64,000 nucleotides of DNA, from NCBI GenBank assembly GCA_964247055.1, contig OZ176055.1, positions 3,472,001 to 3,536,000 on the forward strand, written 5' to 3'. Below, piece after piece: positions 22,965 to 49,700 of this stretch (the stretch's first letter is position 1; each line of letters begins with the position of its first letter). This DNA comes from Paragordius varius. Lineage: Eukaryota; Animalia; Nematomorpha. The notes beneath the pieces were generated by a model. That model had not been told where the DNA came from and made no database searches. It saw only the letters and a program-made list of their open reading frames with translations. Made by a program: the position numbers and the translations under genes.

Positions 22965-24847
22965 GTACACTTCGAGCCCTTTATCTTGGTGATAATGATT
23001 TTGAAGTTATACCACAAGAAATTGGAAAACTAAAAAATTTGCAAATGGTTTTGTTTTTATATTTTTATAAATCTAATGTTTATTTATCCAAAATTTTATT
23101 TATACTCTTTTTCTAATTTATAAGGTGAATTATTTTCATAATTTTAAACTAAAATTACAAATTGCAGTACTATATGACAACAAAAATAATTTGAATGTCA
23201 TATCTTAAAAATATATAAAATGTTCAAGCGTAACACAATATCCTTTCTTTTATAACGCATTGGCGTATAGCCAAGGTATGTCCTATGTAATTCGCCAGAC
23301 ATCGTTTGTCTATCAACCACACTTTTCTGCAAAACTATTGTTTTATTCATTTCACATCCACACACATTGATTCGGATAAAATTTTTGTCAAAATCTTTTG
23401 ATTTCTGCCGGATTGCAGAATGGATTAAACCCATTATACCTCTGGGCTTTAAGTAACTTTGGTTAGATATTCCAAGGACAAATAATACCGATATTTTGAT
23501 AAAATATCCAGATTCGCCAAATAGGAAGAATTTCTAGCTGTCCATTTTGCCCGATAATTTTTGTTGCTATGTTTGAGCATGATTATATATTATTTTATGT
23601 ATATTATAAAAATTTATTTATGCGTTTAAGTAAAAATCATTTTGGTATAATAATTTTTATTTCATTTATCATTAATGCTTTTATGATTAGCTTAATTTAC
23701 GGGACAATGATTTGGTTGTTTTACCTGAAGAAATTGGCCATCTGCCTAAATTAAAAGAACTGAACATAAGTGGCAACAGATTGACTATTTTACCTCCTGA
23801 CATTAGTAATTAAATTTCAACCTAATTTTTATATAATTGATTTTTAATATTAGGGTTGGTACTGACAATTATTAATTGTATTAATAAATAAATGTTATAC
23901 TTAGCCTATAAGCATAATCAGCCCTTTATTGGGTGATATTCAATAGTTTTAATATAATTTTTGAAAAATTTTTTCAATCAAGGTTTATTTTGTTTGCAAC
24001 ATATATTACTTGTTATATATAATGACTGGTTTTTAACATGATTGAGTTAGCTATCAGTCAGTTTTATATTTTTCGATCGGGTGAAAACCCAATCCCAACT
24101 AATAATATAATGTAATAAAATGATTATACATAAAGAAAGTAAAATAATACAAAATAAAAATCATCTTTTTTATATATCTTTTTTCATTAAAATAAAATTT
24201 TATCGTGTGCTATTGTAGGTATGCTTGAAACAAACTTTGTTTTAATTCCTGGGCATAAACAGGCCCTTAAGATTGATGGAAATCCTTGGATACCACCCAT
24301 TGCTGATCAATTGCGTCTTGGAGTCAATCACGTTTTAACGTATCTCAAAACTTCGACTTATAGAGTGTAAATAATTTTAATTTTTAGATATAAAACAGGG
24401 GTGTTCCAACACAAATGGCTTCGCGTGCGGCATTTTCCAACAAAAAAACTCGGCCGGCTTTATTTTAAAAAATTTCTGGGAATTAATGATTATTTTATTA
24501 GATTTTATACATAAAACTATAAAAAAATACATATACTCTATAAAAACATTTTTTTTCACCAATTTTTGCTAGTACGTTGCCAAAATTAAAAAAGCTATAT
24601 GCAGCATTCATAGAATATTGTTAAATTTACCTTATAAATGATGGATATTTTTGCCAATTAAGAAATTTGCTATGGTTTTTTTTATTTTTGGAAAGCCGCA
24701 TGCAGGGCGCCCTGATTTAAATGACTCTACTCATATTCCTTAAACAGATTATATGAAAAGCATATGGCAAGTTTAGGATCGGTTGAAAATCCCATCGTAC
24801 CAATTCGTGCCAAACATAAAAAGTTGACTCATGGGAAAAAGAAGTGA
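22444..24847 (+). CDS. RSU1: Ras suppressor protein 1 (LRR focal-adhesion protein), 9 exons
   Basis: MKLKKIIDECEEKGLNEIEIVDKGLVNLYDLQGL-LTLRKLTRLTLSHNKIE-SLPPGIAGLESLEILNLFNNCLE-ELPTTLSSLPKLRILNL-SFNCLNTLPRGFGSFLSLEILDLTYNNLSEKSLPSNFFMM-GTLRALYLGDNDFEVIP...NPWIPPIADQLRLGVNHV is colinear with vertebrate RSU1. Exons 22444-22546, 22572-22622, 22650-22717, 22741-22793, 22820-22938, 22965-23047, 23691-23805, 24219-24366, ~24750-24847. Confidence 0.95.
24396..24714. mobile_element. hAT (Charlie-like) MITE in an RSU1 intron
   Basis: Ends CAGGGGTGTTCCAAC...GGGCGCCCTG; flanks ATATAAAA / ATTTAAAT match at 6 of 8 positions, consistent with an 8-bp TSD. Related ends GGACACCCCTG at ~46479 and GACACCCCTG at ~41339. 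Confidence 0.6.
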
Positions 24848-25023
24848 ACGCAAAGGGTCCCAAATTTGTCCATTTTAGCTAAAAAATCTCATATCGCAAT
24901 ATTTTATGCTTTTATCAATTTGTTTAATCATTATTGTTATACAATCAATGGCATTTATTAATTTATTTTATTTTATAAACAATTAATTTTATATACCATA
25001 CACCATTTATTAATTCTGATAGG

Positions 25024-25026
<3 letters not shown>

Positions 25027-25063
<37 letters not shown>
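25027..25063. repeat. (TA)n microsatellite; similar tracts at ~8100-8128, 21056-21075 and 26858-26891
   Basis: Pure TA dinucleotide run read directly from the sequence. Confidence 0.9.
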
Positions 25064-25068
<5 letters not shown>

Positions 25069-25115
25069 TATTTTAAACCAATTCGGAACATTTTCATCAG
25101 GATTATATTTTTGAT

Positions 25116-38545
<13,430 letters not shown>

Positions 38546-41500
38546 ATTTGGAATTCAGGGAATATTTTGCTGACTAATCCCCGGAATTTTACGAAAGATT
38601 AATAATTTACAATCAACTTTAACATTTAATAAAAACTATTGCGAAATAAAAAATCAGAAAAGGACGCAAAAAAGAAAACGCGAATCAAATTATCTATATC
38701 TATTGCGCGAAACTAATATCATAATAATATAATGATAATAATAAAATTTATATATTAATTTGGTCTAAAAAATAAAATAAACTAAATTTTAATATTCAAG
38801 GTCTGTTTGTATGTATGATTATTAAATTTTAAATTTGTATTCCTTTTTTTATCTGAAAAAATTTCTTTTGTTGTCCATCTTCTCCGTTGTAACATACATT
38901 ATTAATTTTTTTACCATAAAATCAGAATTATATCTTTAAGCAACACTTTTCAATACCGCATTACATAAATATAATATTTTAATATTTATATTGAATTATT
39001 GTTATTTTATAAAAAACTATGTATGAATAATTTTTTAAATTAAATAAAAAAATGGTTATTTTTACATTGAAAGATTTGGCATATGGTCATAATTCAAAAT
39101 CATTTTTCAAATAGTCCCTTAACTTTAATAATTCATTTTTCAACATATTTTGATATATATATACATATATATATTTTTAAAATTATAAGAAATTAATATT
39201 TTTGGTGTATTATGCTGCAAAGAACATCAAAAGTATGTTTTAATTTATTTCTCAATTGGCCTAAGTTTTTTTCGAGATTTTATTATTAATTTAAAATTTA
39301 ATTTATGATTTATTTTGCGCAAAGCAGAGCGTTTTTAAATTAAATGAACAAAAAACGATAGATTAAAAAATTTATACATGAGATCTAGCCATTTTTGCTC
39401 ATCCGGAAAAATGACTTTCATATACAAATTTAATAAGTGTATTCACCAAAAAAATAGGATTCCAAGTTTACTCTATCCCAAAAATAGCCATAATTAAAAA
39501 GAAAAAATTCGTTTTGAAAATCAAATAGATATCATATAATTTGATTTAATAAATTATATAAGTTAATTAATATTATTTGATAAAGATAATCCAAATAAAT
39601 GGTGATTGAATTGAGTTTTTATTTTAATTTTTTATTTTTCGCTAATTTAAGAATATCATACAATACAACGAAATTCATTGGTTTTTTATATTTAAGAGAT
39701 ATAAAAAATCATTTTTTACAGCTGTGGTTTTGTAAATTTGTAGAAATTTTTGGATTTGAAAAAAACTAATGATGGCGGTTTCAAAACAGTTAATCTCTAA
39801 TTAATTTGTTAACGCCTTATTATCTTTAAGTTTGGTTTATACCCCAGATCGATTATATGGAAAAAACTTAAAAAGTTTTAATATTATTGTTGATGTTGAA
39901 ATGTATGCATTGCATAGCTTTTTCAACACATTATAGAAGAAATTTTGAAAAAGTATCTGGTTTAAAAATCCAAACTCAATATCTGAAAATTTTTTGTAGG
40001 TTATGTTAAAAAATTATAAAAACATATTTATATATTATGGTTAAAAAAATAATATTATTTATCCTTATTGCTTTTGATTGCGGTTAAATTATTTTGAATC
40101 ATCTGTTTGTTACAATGGATTCGGACATAATAAAACAACTTCCATATTACTTTTCTTTTTTAAAAGTTTAAAGTTCTCAGCATAATAATAATTTTTAAAT
40201 CTCAATTTAATTTAACACCACATTCAGATATTAACGTTTTCTGACTAAGTCACAGCTATTATTTTCCATGAGATTTGGCTTATGGCTTCTGAGGTTGCCA
40301 ATAAATAATATTTTGTTAGGAATAATATATGCCAACTAACTTATTTGCATATTTATGAGATATAAATTGAGCATTAAACAAAATTTTTGGAAAACAATTT
40401 TTTGTAATTATGTCATAGTTTTATTAATGGAATTATATCTATAGCATATTGATCGATTATTTATTATAGGTATGTTTTAATATCATTTCTTATGAATATA
40501 TTAAAATTAATCCTATTATGATACTATTTAAAGAAACGAAATATATCTGAAAAATTGTAATAAATTTCGATTAACTAACTACTACCGATATATCAATCGA
40601 TTAAAATGATAGAAAATTGGATTTTTCTGTATTCAACATTCAAAATGTGAGATATGGAAAATACTATTTTTATATATGCTCTTTCCTCATAAAATTTTGA
40701 TTCCGTGGGGATTTTATGTACAATAATTTGGTATCAGTCGCTAATTATATACTTGTCAAAATTCTATATTGTGATTATGATATGGATATATATGATAAAA
40801 ATATTTATAAATTCGTGAACTTTACGTAGATGAATTTTAATGTTTTTTTGACAGAGGATATATAATATAAAAATTTTAACTTAACTGATATTTGTAGAAT
40901 CAAGATATTATAATTTTTGTTTTTTTGGTAGTAATTTTAGAACAAAAGCTCTTTATTCACAAATCAGATATCTTTGGTATAGCTTGTTCATTTTTATATT
41001 TTAATTCAGTAGTTTAATAGAAAGGTTTAGAATCACTAATATGTTACTTTTTCTATATTAAAATTGATAAAAATTTCTTTTTCAAATTCGATTAAATAAA
41101 CATAGTTTCAATGATATCTACCCTTGGACAATCAAAAAATTTGTTGGGTTATCTGGCATCTAAAAATGTGTAAAGTTTAGACCAAGGGTGTTTGTTCTCC
41201 AACAAATTTTTCTAGTTCTTTGGCCATTTGATTAACTTTTACAAAAAATTTTTTTACAAATATCAATTTAAGATTTTGTTAGCATAATTATGGATTTATA
41301 AATTTTCCGCGGGCCGCATATAAGTGTGAGACACCCCTGGATTAAATTAAAGAATTACAAACAATTATACTTTTTTTAATAAAAACACAGTCTGGTTCAA
41401 AATGTTTCGTAATTATGATGTGTTATTAATTTTCCGGTTTCACAAAATAGGTTTATAACACTAGACTACAAATTTTGTATTTTTAATGGCAATTTTGATA

Positions 41501-43706
41501 AATTGACCATTTATTTAATCTAAGTACATAAATAGTATATCTGAAATAAATTGGTCTAACACCTAAGGATTTTTTTATCTGGATAGAACCATGTATTTTA
41601 TGTCATTCTACAAGAGCGCAAAACAAATCTTACGAATGGTATTTGGTCATTTAAATCAATCTGTGAAAGATATTTGGCTTTATAAGGTCAAAATTTTCAA
41701 CCCTTAAATAAGTCAAAAATTTTTGTAGACAATCTAATTTAAAAATCATATAAATTATTTAAATATAATTATTAGGGTTTAATTAGTATAAATCTTAAAA
41801 AAATCTCTGAAAAAGCGTTTGGTTATTATATTAATAAAAATAATTATTATCAAAATTATTTTACCTAGTGGATACTAAAATGCATTATAACTGTAAATTT
41901 ATTACAGCATCGTTAAAAAAATCAAAAAATTTCTTAAACTTTGTTCTTAGTCTTTGAAATTTCTATAAGCCTCCTAAAAAAAATAAATTAATATTGATAA
42001 GATGGTAATTTTCTAAAAACAGAAACTTAAAAATAGCTGTTTTGAATGACATAAAAGCAATAAATAAGTGTTAATCAAAAAAAATTTCTTGTGTTATCTT
42101 TTTTGGACATTCATTGCTATCTAGACAAACGTTTGAGCTATTTTCATCCATTAGTTTTAAAAATATTTTAATTAAGAAAAATGCTCAAGCTTGCGGGTTT
42201 GTCGCTTCCTACGTCCAATATTAAGTATCGATGTAAAACATATTAATATGCATTTTATAGAGTTTTATTACTTTTTCGAATGATATATTACAAATGGGCA
42301 TTTGTTGTATATTTTCAAAGAAAAACATTTTTTAGTAAAATTTTGATAAAGCGGGCGCATAATCAAAAAATCAAAATATACCAAATTCTTAGGTATTATA
42401 ATTTTTTTTCAGATTTACTGATAAATATATAATAAATATCAGAAAATGAAAAAACCTGAGTGGCAGAATTGTTGTCTAGTGTTATTAATATAAAATCAAT
42501 TCTACAATCATAAATCAATAAGGAACCACAAAAAACATTTATTATAATTTTTGTTTCCCAATTGAACATAACAATAATATATAAATATTATAATAAAAGT
42601 GGTTGGGAAAATTACTATGCATGTCAAAAAATCTAGAAATGTTGAAAATTTGTCGGTAAAAAATAAAGTGGTGTTGCAATATTTAAATAAGGGCCTCTTT
42701 TACTCTATTATAAGTAGTTAAATTAAAGTATTAAAATATTAAATCGCAGTAAAAATTGAAATTTAACAGACAAAATGTAAAAAAAGATAGTTTTTTAAAG
42801 GCTATTATATTTTTTAATAATCAGTGTTTCATTGCAAAGTATGGAGCAAAACTTAAATTGGTAAAACTTAATATATATTTTTAGAATTTAATTAAATAGT
42901 TTAGGTGGGAAAGTTTAAAACAAAGTATGGCTGCCTTTTGAAAAAAATATTTGTCTTTAAATTTTACATTTTGCCTGTGCATAATTTCAATTATTACTAT
43001 ATATATGATCATCTTGGGAAAATTCTTTGGAAAGTAGATTAGGATTTCAATGCTATCGTCCCTTTAAACTTAGACTGTAATCTAATCATAAATTATGATA
43101 GAAAAAAACTGAATCTAAATGCAGGCTTTTTAAAATTTAAGGTGTAATGTACAAAAGTTTTAACATGTAAAATAAATTTTTTTAACTTAGTAGATAAAAA
43201 GGGAAAAAAGGAATTTTTTTAAGAAAAACGCGACAAAATTAAGGTATCACAATAAACAAATTTAGTTATAAAATTTGTATGCCAATGCCCAATCATATAT
43301 AATTATAATTAAAACTGTAAAAATATATTTATATAAACAAGTTTTGCGATGGTTATACAAAACAATTTGATTCAAGTGCATTATGTGGAAGCCAGAAATG
43401 AAAATGAAAGGCTTACATATATGCATTATTCATTTAATACTTACTACTTTGTATGAGAGAAGATTTGTTTTGTTGTTGATACTAATTTTTACCCAATAAA
43501 TTAGTTTAAAAATTTGAAAATTGCATTTTAAATATAGTAGTGTGAATGAGATGTATGCATGTTAAGTTGAGAAAAAATGGTGTGCATTTACAATGTGCCA
43601 AAAATATGTTGAGAAAGGAATATTCGAAAATTATCGGTAATTAACTAAATTTCGAATTAATAAACAAATCTAATCGATTCAAAAAAGGCGTATTAGGGCT
43701 TTAAAA

Positions 43707-46700
43707 TTACCATTTACTGCGAAAGATGCGATATTTGAGTACAAAAAACACTATGATTCGTAGGACACAAAAAAATACTACGAGACATATGAGATCAAAT
43801 TTAAGGTTAGACTCCTTCTTAACATCCATCAGTTCGAGGAAGGTTTTGGCCTTTTTGAAAAAACAGAATTTTTCACTGCACTTTAGGGCTGGGCGATCGA
43901 AGCCATATATAGCAAGTAAAACACCTTCAAATGAATATCTGTGAAAAAAATAAAATTAAAAGTAGAGATTTCACAATAAACTCACTCATTATAAGTTTTT
44001 TGTGAAAAATATACTGAGTTTATTTACTAAGCTTAAGGTAATTATTATAAACTTTTCCGATTTTTATGCAAAGTTTTAATTTTTAAGTTATAAATGTTCA
44101 AAATTGAGAACATCCCGATAAACTTACTGGCTTGTGGGCATTAGGGACGGGTAAAGGGCCAAACACAATAAAAAAAATTTATTTATTGTTTTTTACAATC
44201 TATGTGTAAAATTATCAATATTTAGTAAAATTTAAAATTAAAATAACTTTTTTATTTTTATATATATTTTTAAAAACATGTATTTTTCCCACATTCGGGG
44301 TCATTATAAAGGGGGGGGGGGGGATTTTAATATTTAAAGAAAGAAAATATATTAATATCAATATATTACCTAACGTATGAAAGGTAGGATACCCATTGCA
44401 TGTAAAAAGGAATCGTATCAAAATTAATGAAAAATCCACTAAATAATAGTATAGGGATTGCGGTGAGTGGACCCAAAAACACAGCAAGCTATAGATTATT
44501 ACAATAGAATATAACAATTAGAAATAGCTTAAAAACGTTGATTTAAAAGCAATAAATTTATGTGTAATCAAATAACATTAAAATACGACATTTATTAAGT
44601 TTTAAGTGGTCATAATGATATCCGGCTTGACTGCTTTTTAATCAGTCACTCTCAGTGACAAGCAGCAATGTTAAAAATAATCCAAAAAATAAGTCACTAA
44701 TTAAAAAGGTTTTAATACTGTAAACAATATAATTAACAAAAACAAAAATTGACATATGCATTTCGATCCTTTCTTTTGTTACATTTTACCTATCCTCATA
44801 TGTTTTTGATTGCTTTTTTTAAAAAAACAATCTTATATTCACACTTGAATGCGTTTATAACCGGTCAAACTTAACCCTAAACATAAAACCAAAAACTTTA
44901 TTTTTGGATATTTAAATTCTGAATTCACTAGTTATATTTTTAGAAAATTAAGACCTGAAGCGATAGACCGGCACCAATAATAAGACCCAATGATTGTGAA
45001 ATGAGGGCAGTGAGCACAGAAATGGTGAGAAATAAGAAAAATCTATTTGGATCCGCAGGTTGGGCCGTCATCCAATACACGATTATGCAGTATATGAGTG
45101 GGAAAACAATCTTTAAAAATTAGTGTGTTAAAAATGATTTTTGTGATTTTGACTTTTCTTTCTTTTACAGTAAAAAAGTAAAATTTTAATTATAGAAAAT
45201 CAAATATTTTTTCTTTTTATCCTTAATATTTTTTATTATAGAGGGGAAACATATAAAGTTTGTGTATATGTATAAATGTAATTTTTTAACTTTTTGATTA
45301 TAAAAAGTGAATTGTAACAAAAATTTGGTTTATGAAATAAAACTAGTAGCTATATAATTTTATAGTAAAGAATGAATTAAATAAAAAGTAAAAGACAAAT
45401 ATATTTCTTAGGGCAATTATATTCTTGATCCTTGATAAATGTGAATAACCGTATGATTAAAATAGTGTTGTCGTGATCACTATTGCTTAATTCGCAATTA
45501 GTAAAAATATGGTTAATATTAATATTTATTTTTATATTTATCATTCATTTATTTTTATACATAAGCCTTACAAAAATTGCATATATTTATAATTTCATAT
45601 ATAATGTTATTATTAATTGATATAATTCCAACAAAATATGTAGAATTAAAAGGGCATTAATTTATAAATGATATAATATAAATTACCTGGAAAGGTACGT
45701 CAGCCAGTGTTTTAGCTAAATAGTAGCATTTTAAGCTGTACCAATAATTCAAATGTTCTTTAATAAAAACCATCATTTCTATAGGGACTAATGACAATAA
45801 ATAAACAATGTTTATTAAATTAAACAAATAATATAGGTCCCATTTAATTTAATAATATAACTTGTGAAAAAAAAGCAAGTAAAATGAATTAAAAAATTTA
45901 ATTAAACAATATATAACATTTATTTTAAAAAGCGTATAAAGACTTACAAGTTAAAACAGTAGGCATGAGTGCAGCAAACATGATAAATAGCATGGAAAAA
46001 AATAAACAACCACCATTGTTCCACACTTTGCCAGCTTCATTCCCAATATTGTAGTATAATAAACCTGGAATAAATAAAATAAAATTGTTTTTGATATTAA
46101 TATATAATATTAATACTAATATAAACATATTTGACAAATAAATATATATCTAATATTGGAGCAAGAGTTTCCAACTCAAATGGCCTCGCAGGCTGTCATC
46201 GAATAGGGGTATTAAATTTTTTTATTAGATTGTAAAGATATTGGGAATAAATGACAAATAATATATAATGCCTATTTATTACATTAATTTTGTTAGTTCA
46301 TTGCCAAATGGAAAGATTGACTCAAAAATTTTGCTTAAGAAATATCAATTTTAATAATTATAAGCAAATATTTAAATTGCAATATTAGTATTTGGTAATA
46401 ATTTTCAGAAATTTTTTCGGGCCGCACATAGTTTAGTGTTTCAAAAGGTCGCATGCCGCCCGCGTATTGGACACCCCTGGTCTATCATAGGGCTATTGGT
46501 GTAATAACCTTTATTCCCAAGAAATTTAATTTAGACAATACAAAATGCTATGTATCTACCTATCAAAAATCCAACCAACAAATGAGCCCCAAATCGTATA
46601 CGAGTCAATGTAGTATCCCGTAAAATGGTAAGGAAAGCCCGTATAAATAGGACACGAAATCGCCCATAAAAACCTAGACCCCAACCTCTATTACCGTATG

Positions 46701-49700
46701 AGTGGTGTTTTAAAGTAGGTGATCCATCTATTCTACCATCTGTTTGATATATATTTGAGGCGGAAGAATCAATTAATGGAGTTAGGTTTGGTCTGGAGTG
46801 CTTATCATCTATATCCACACAAGGATTGCTAAATGGTATATCTATGAAAATAACAAAAAAGAACACATGTTATATTTTAATTATTAATTATATAAAGGCC
46901 AACAAAATCAGTAATACGCTGAGGGCAAAGACCAGTTTGTAATGATCTGTAAAATCATTAATTGTACACAAGGGCATGTGTTACGTAAAATAAAATCGTT
47001 TTAGATTACCACGAAGTATAAATATTATGAATATAAATTACTTCGTGTAGTATGGAAACTCCGAATCTGGAGTCCTACCCTTTACAATGATGATGATTAT
47101 ATGAAATAGATATAAAACTAAACCGGTTACAAATGCATTTCTGACCGTGATTATGACTGGCTAAAAATTTTAAATATATATATATATATATATAGGATAG
47201 AAATTAATAAAAAAAATGGTAAAAAACCTTGTAAAAATGATTATTATCAATTATATCAAATTTCGATTATTATTAATTTATAGGTACAAGTTTCAATCCA
47301 ATTTGATATATTAGTTACATAAATCTGTAAATGTGGAATAATGACTGGTCATAAACGCAATAAATTCATTAGCAAGTGAAATTGGTTACTATTTTTTGAT
47401 CTGTTAAAACCCAACTTTACATACCTTTATTATCAATTTATACTTATTTAAGGAGTACTTATTCAATAAAAGTTTATAGTTAAAAAAAGCAAATTGATTA
47501 CTAAAAAATATTAATTTTAAAAACCCTAAAATTTTTTTAGAGAGCATTTCAAATACCTTCAGATGCGTGTCCTGTACAACATCCACCACACTTTGTACCC
47601 AATTTCTTTTTATCTTTAACATCATATTCTTTATACATATCAGTCGTGCGATATTTCCCATGATTACCGCGAAGTTTTTGAAACTATGATAAAAAATATT
47701 TTTTTTTATAATATTTATTGATTGAACAAATCAGAATATACATATTTTTAAACTCCATGATATAACAAAATTATGTACTCTAGTCAATTAAATAATTATA
47801 ATATTTGAATCCTTGTTATATTAATAACATAAAAAATAACGAGGTGTATTTTATTAGCTAAAGCATTATAAATGATTTTCACCATTAAGTTTATTCAATT
47901 GATTCCTAATCAAACTTACTCTTTATTAACTTTTTATGCCTTGTGTAATAAACTCGGAAATTCTGCATTCTTCACACATTTGTATAACGGAAAACTTAAT
48001 TTTTTACCTATCAAACAAAAAGATTTTGTTTTTACAATCATATTTATAATCCAAAATAAAGCGATACACTCAGAGGGAAAAAAACATTCCAAATGCAATA
48101 CTCAAATAAACCTAAACGAACAAAACTCAATCTTATCTCATAAACCCTAAGATATTGCTTTAAATTCAGATTATTAACTTAATTATTACATTATTATCGA
48201 AATAAAATAGCCAAAAAACATATTAAAAGCAAAACTAAACCAAAATCCGCGCTTTCGAAGGTTTCTTATGCCCAGTGTTGCTCATATTGATATGACAGTT
48301 CTGTTCGTCGTCTACACATTTGTCATTGAGTTTAGTTTCATTCAATGAATTTTTGAGAGCCGAAGTAGTGATTGAGTGTGTTGAGATATGTCTATCAAAA
48401 TTCTCATCAGAGTTTTCGCCACCCAAAACAAGGGCCATATTAACACAACTATGTTGTGCTTTTATATTTTCTGTGTCGCATAGCCTTTGATTTTGATTTT
48501 GTTGATTATTGCTTATTTCATTTGCAACATTGTCGATTGATTGTGGAAATTTATCCATTTTGTTGTCGCAATTGTTTTGAGGTGTAACATCATTATAATC
48601 ACATGGATTTGGGTTATTTTGAGCTTTATGAAAATATATATATATATATATCAAAGTACAGAAATGTTGTGGTATGTGTTTTGAATATGTATAAAAAATA
48701 TATTTTTTTACCACATATTTAGTAAAATGTCATGATATACCATTTACAATTAAAATTCACCCTTGAACAATTCAACACCCTCGAACAATTCAAATTCACT
48801 CTCAAACAAAATATGATCTTTGAGATTAAAAATTACCTATATTTATATATTTTTAAAAAAATTTGTTTTATATTAAAATAATACTGAAAATAAACTATGC
48901 CATAAAGATATATTCATATTAATAATGAGTTATATTAGTTCGATAACACAATTTATCAATTTGAACTGTAAATGGTATATTAATTATTTATAAAAAACAA
49001 TATAAATATGAAAAAAATGTTAAACAATATAATTATACAGGAATGTAAGCTAAATTAAAAGGGAAACCGGAACCATTTTTTGTTTCCGTTTTATTTTTTT
49101 TGCTATGATATCAATTTTAGTTTCACATAATTTTATAGATAACAAACGTTTCCGGTTTCAAACTTGCTATGATTTTAATTCAACATAATTATTTTTAAAA
49201 CGGTTCTAAAAGTTTTTTCCTATTATATGGTTTCTGTTCCATTGTTTTTGTGAAATTCCGGTTCCATTGTTAAAACAAATTGGTTGTTTCGGTTTAGATT
49301 TTTAAACTTTGAAAGAGTTTAATTATTTTGATACTACAGATAAAAAATATACAAATAATAACATCAAAATATATTAATGTGTGACTTTCGTGAAATTTAA
49401 TGATAAATACTTTTTCATACGTTAAATATGGTACTAAAAATATTTATATTTTTTTTTAAATTGCTATAATTGCTAAAAACTTGATTCAGATTTGGTTTCC
49501 GTAAAAGGTGTTGATGTGTGAGCAATTGATTTAAATGATGTACCATTCGAGTTTGCTTTCAATTCAATATCTAAAACATATGTGCAATCAACCAAAATTT
49601 ATATCAGTAAATCTTTCCGATATTTAGCTAACAGATAATATAAATTTTCAATCATCTGGTTTTAAAATTAACAACATTTTAAAACAACATTTTTTAGAAA

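Noticed and set aside
43690-43944. Plus-strand frame resembling a decayed gag or pseudogene, and ORF 43726..43944
   Set aside because: The minus strand is the clean terminal ABCG exon ([13 protein letters not shown]...).
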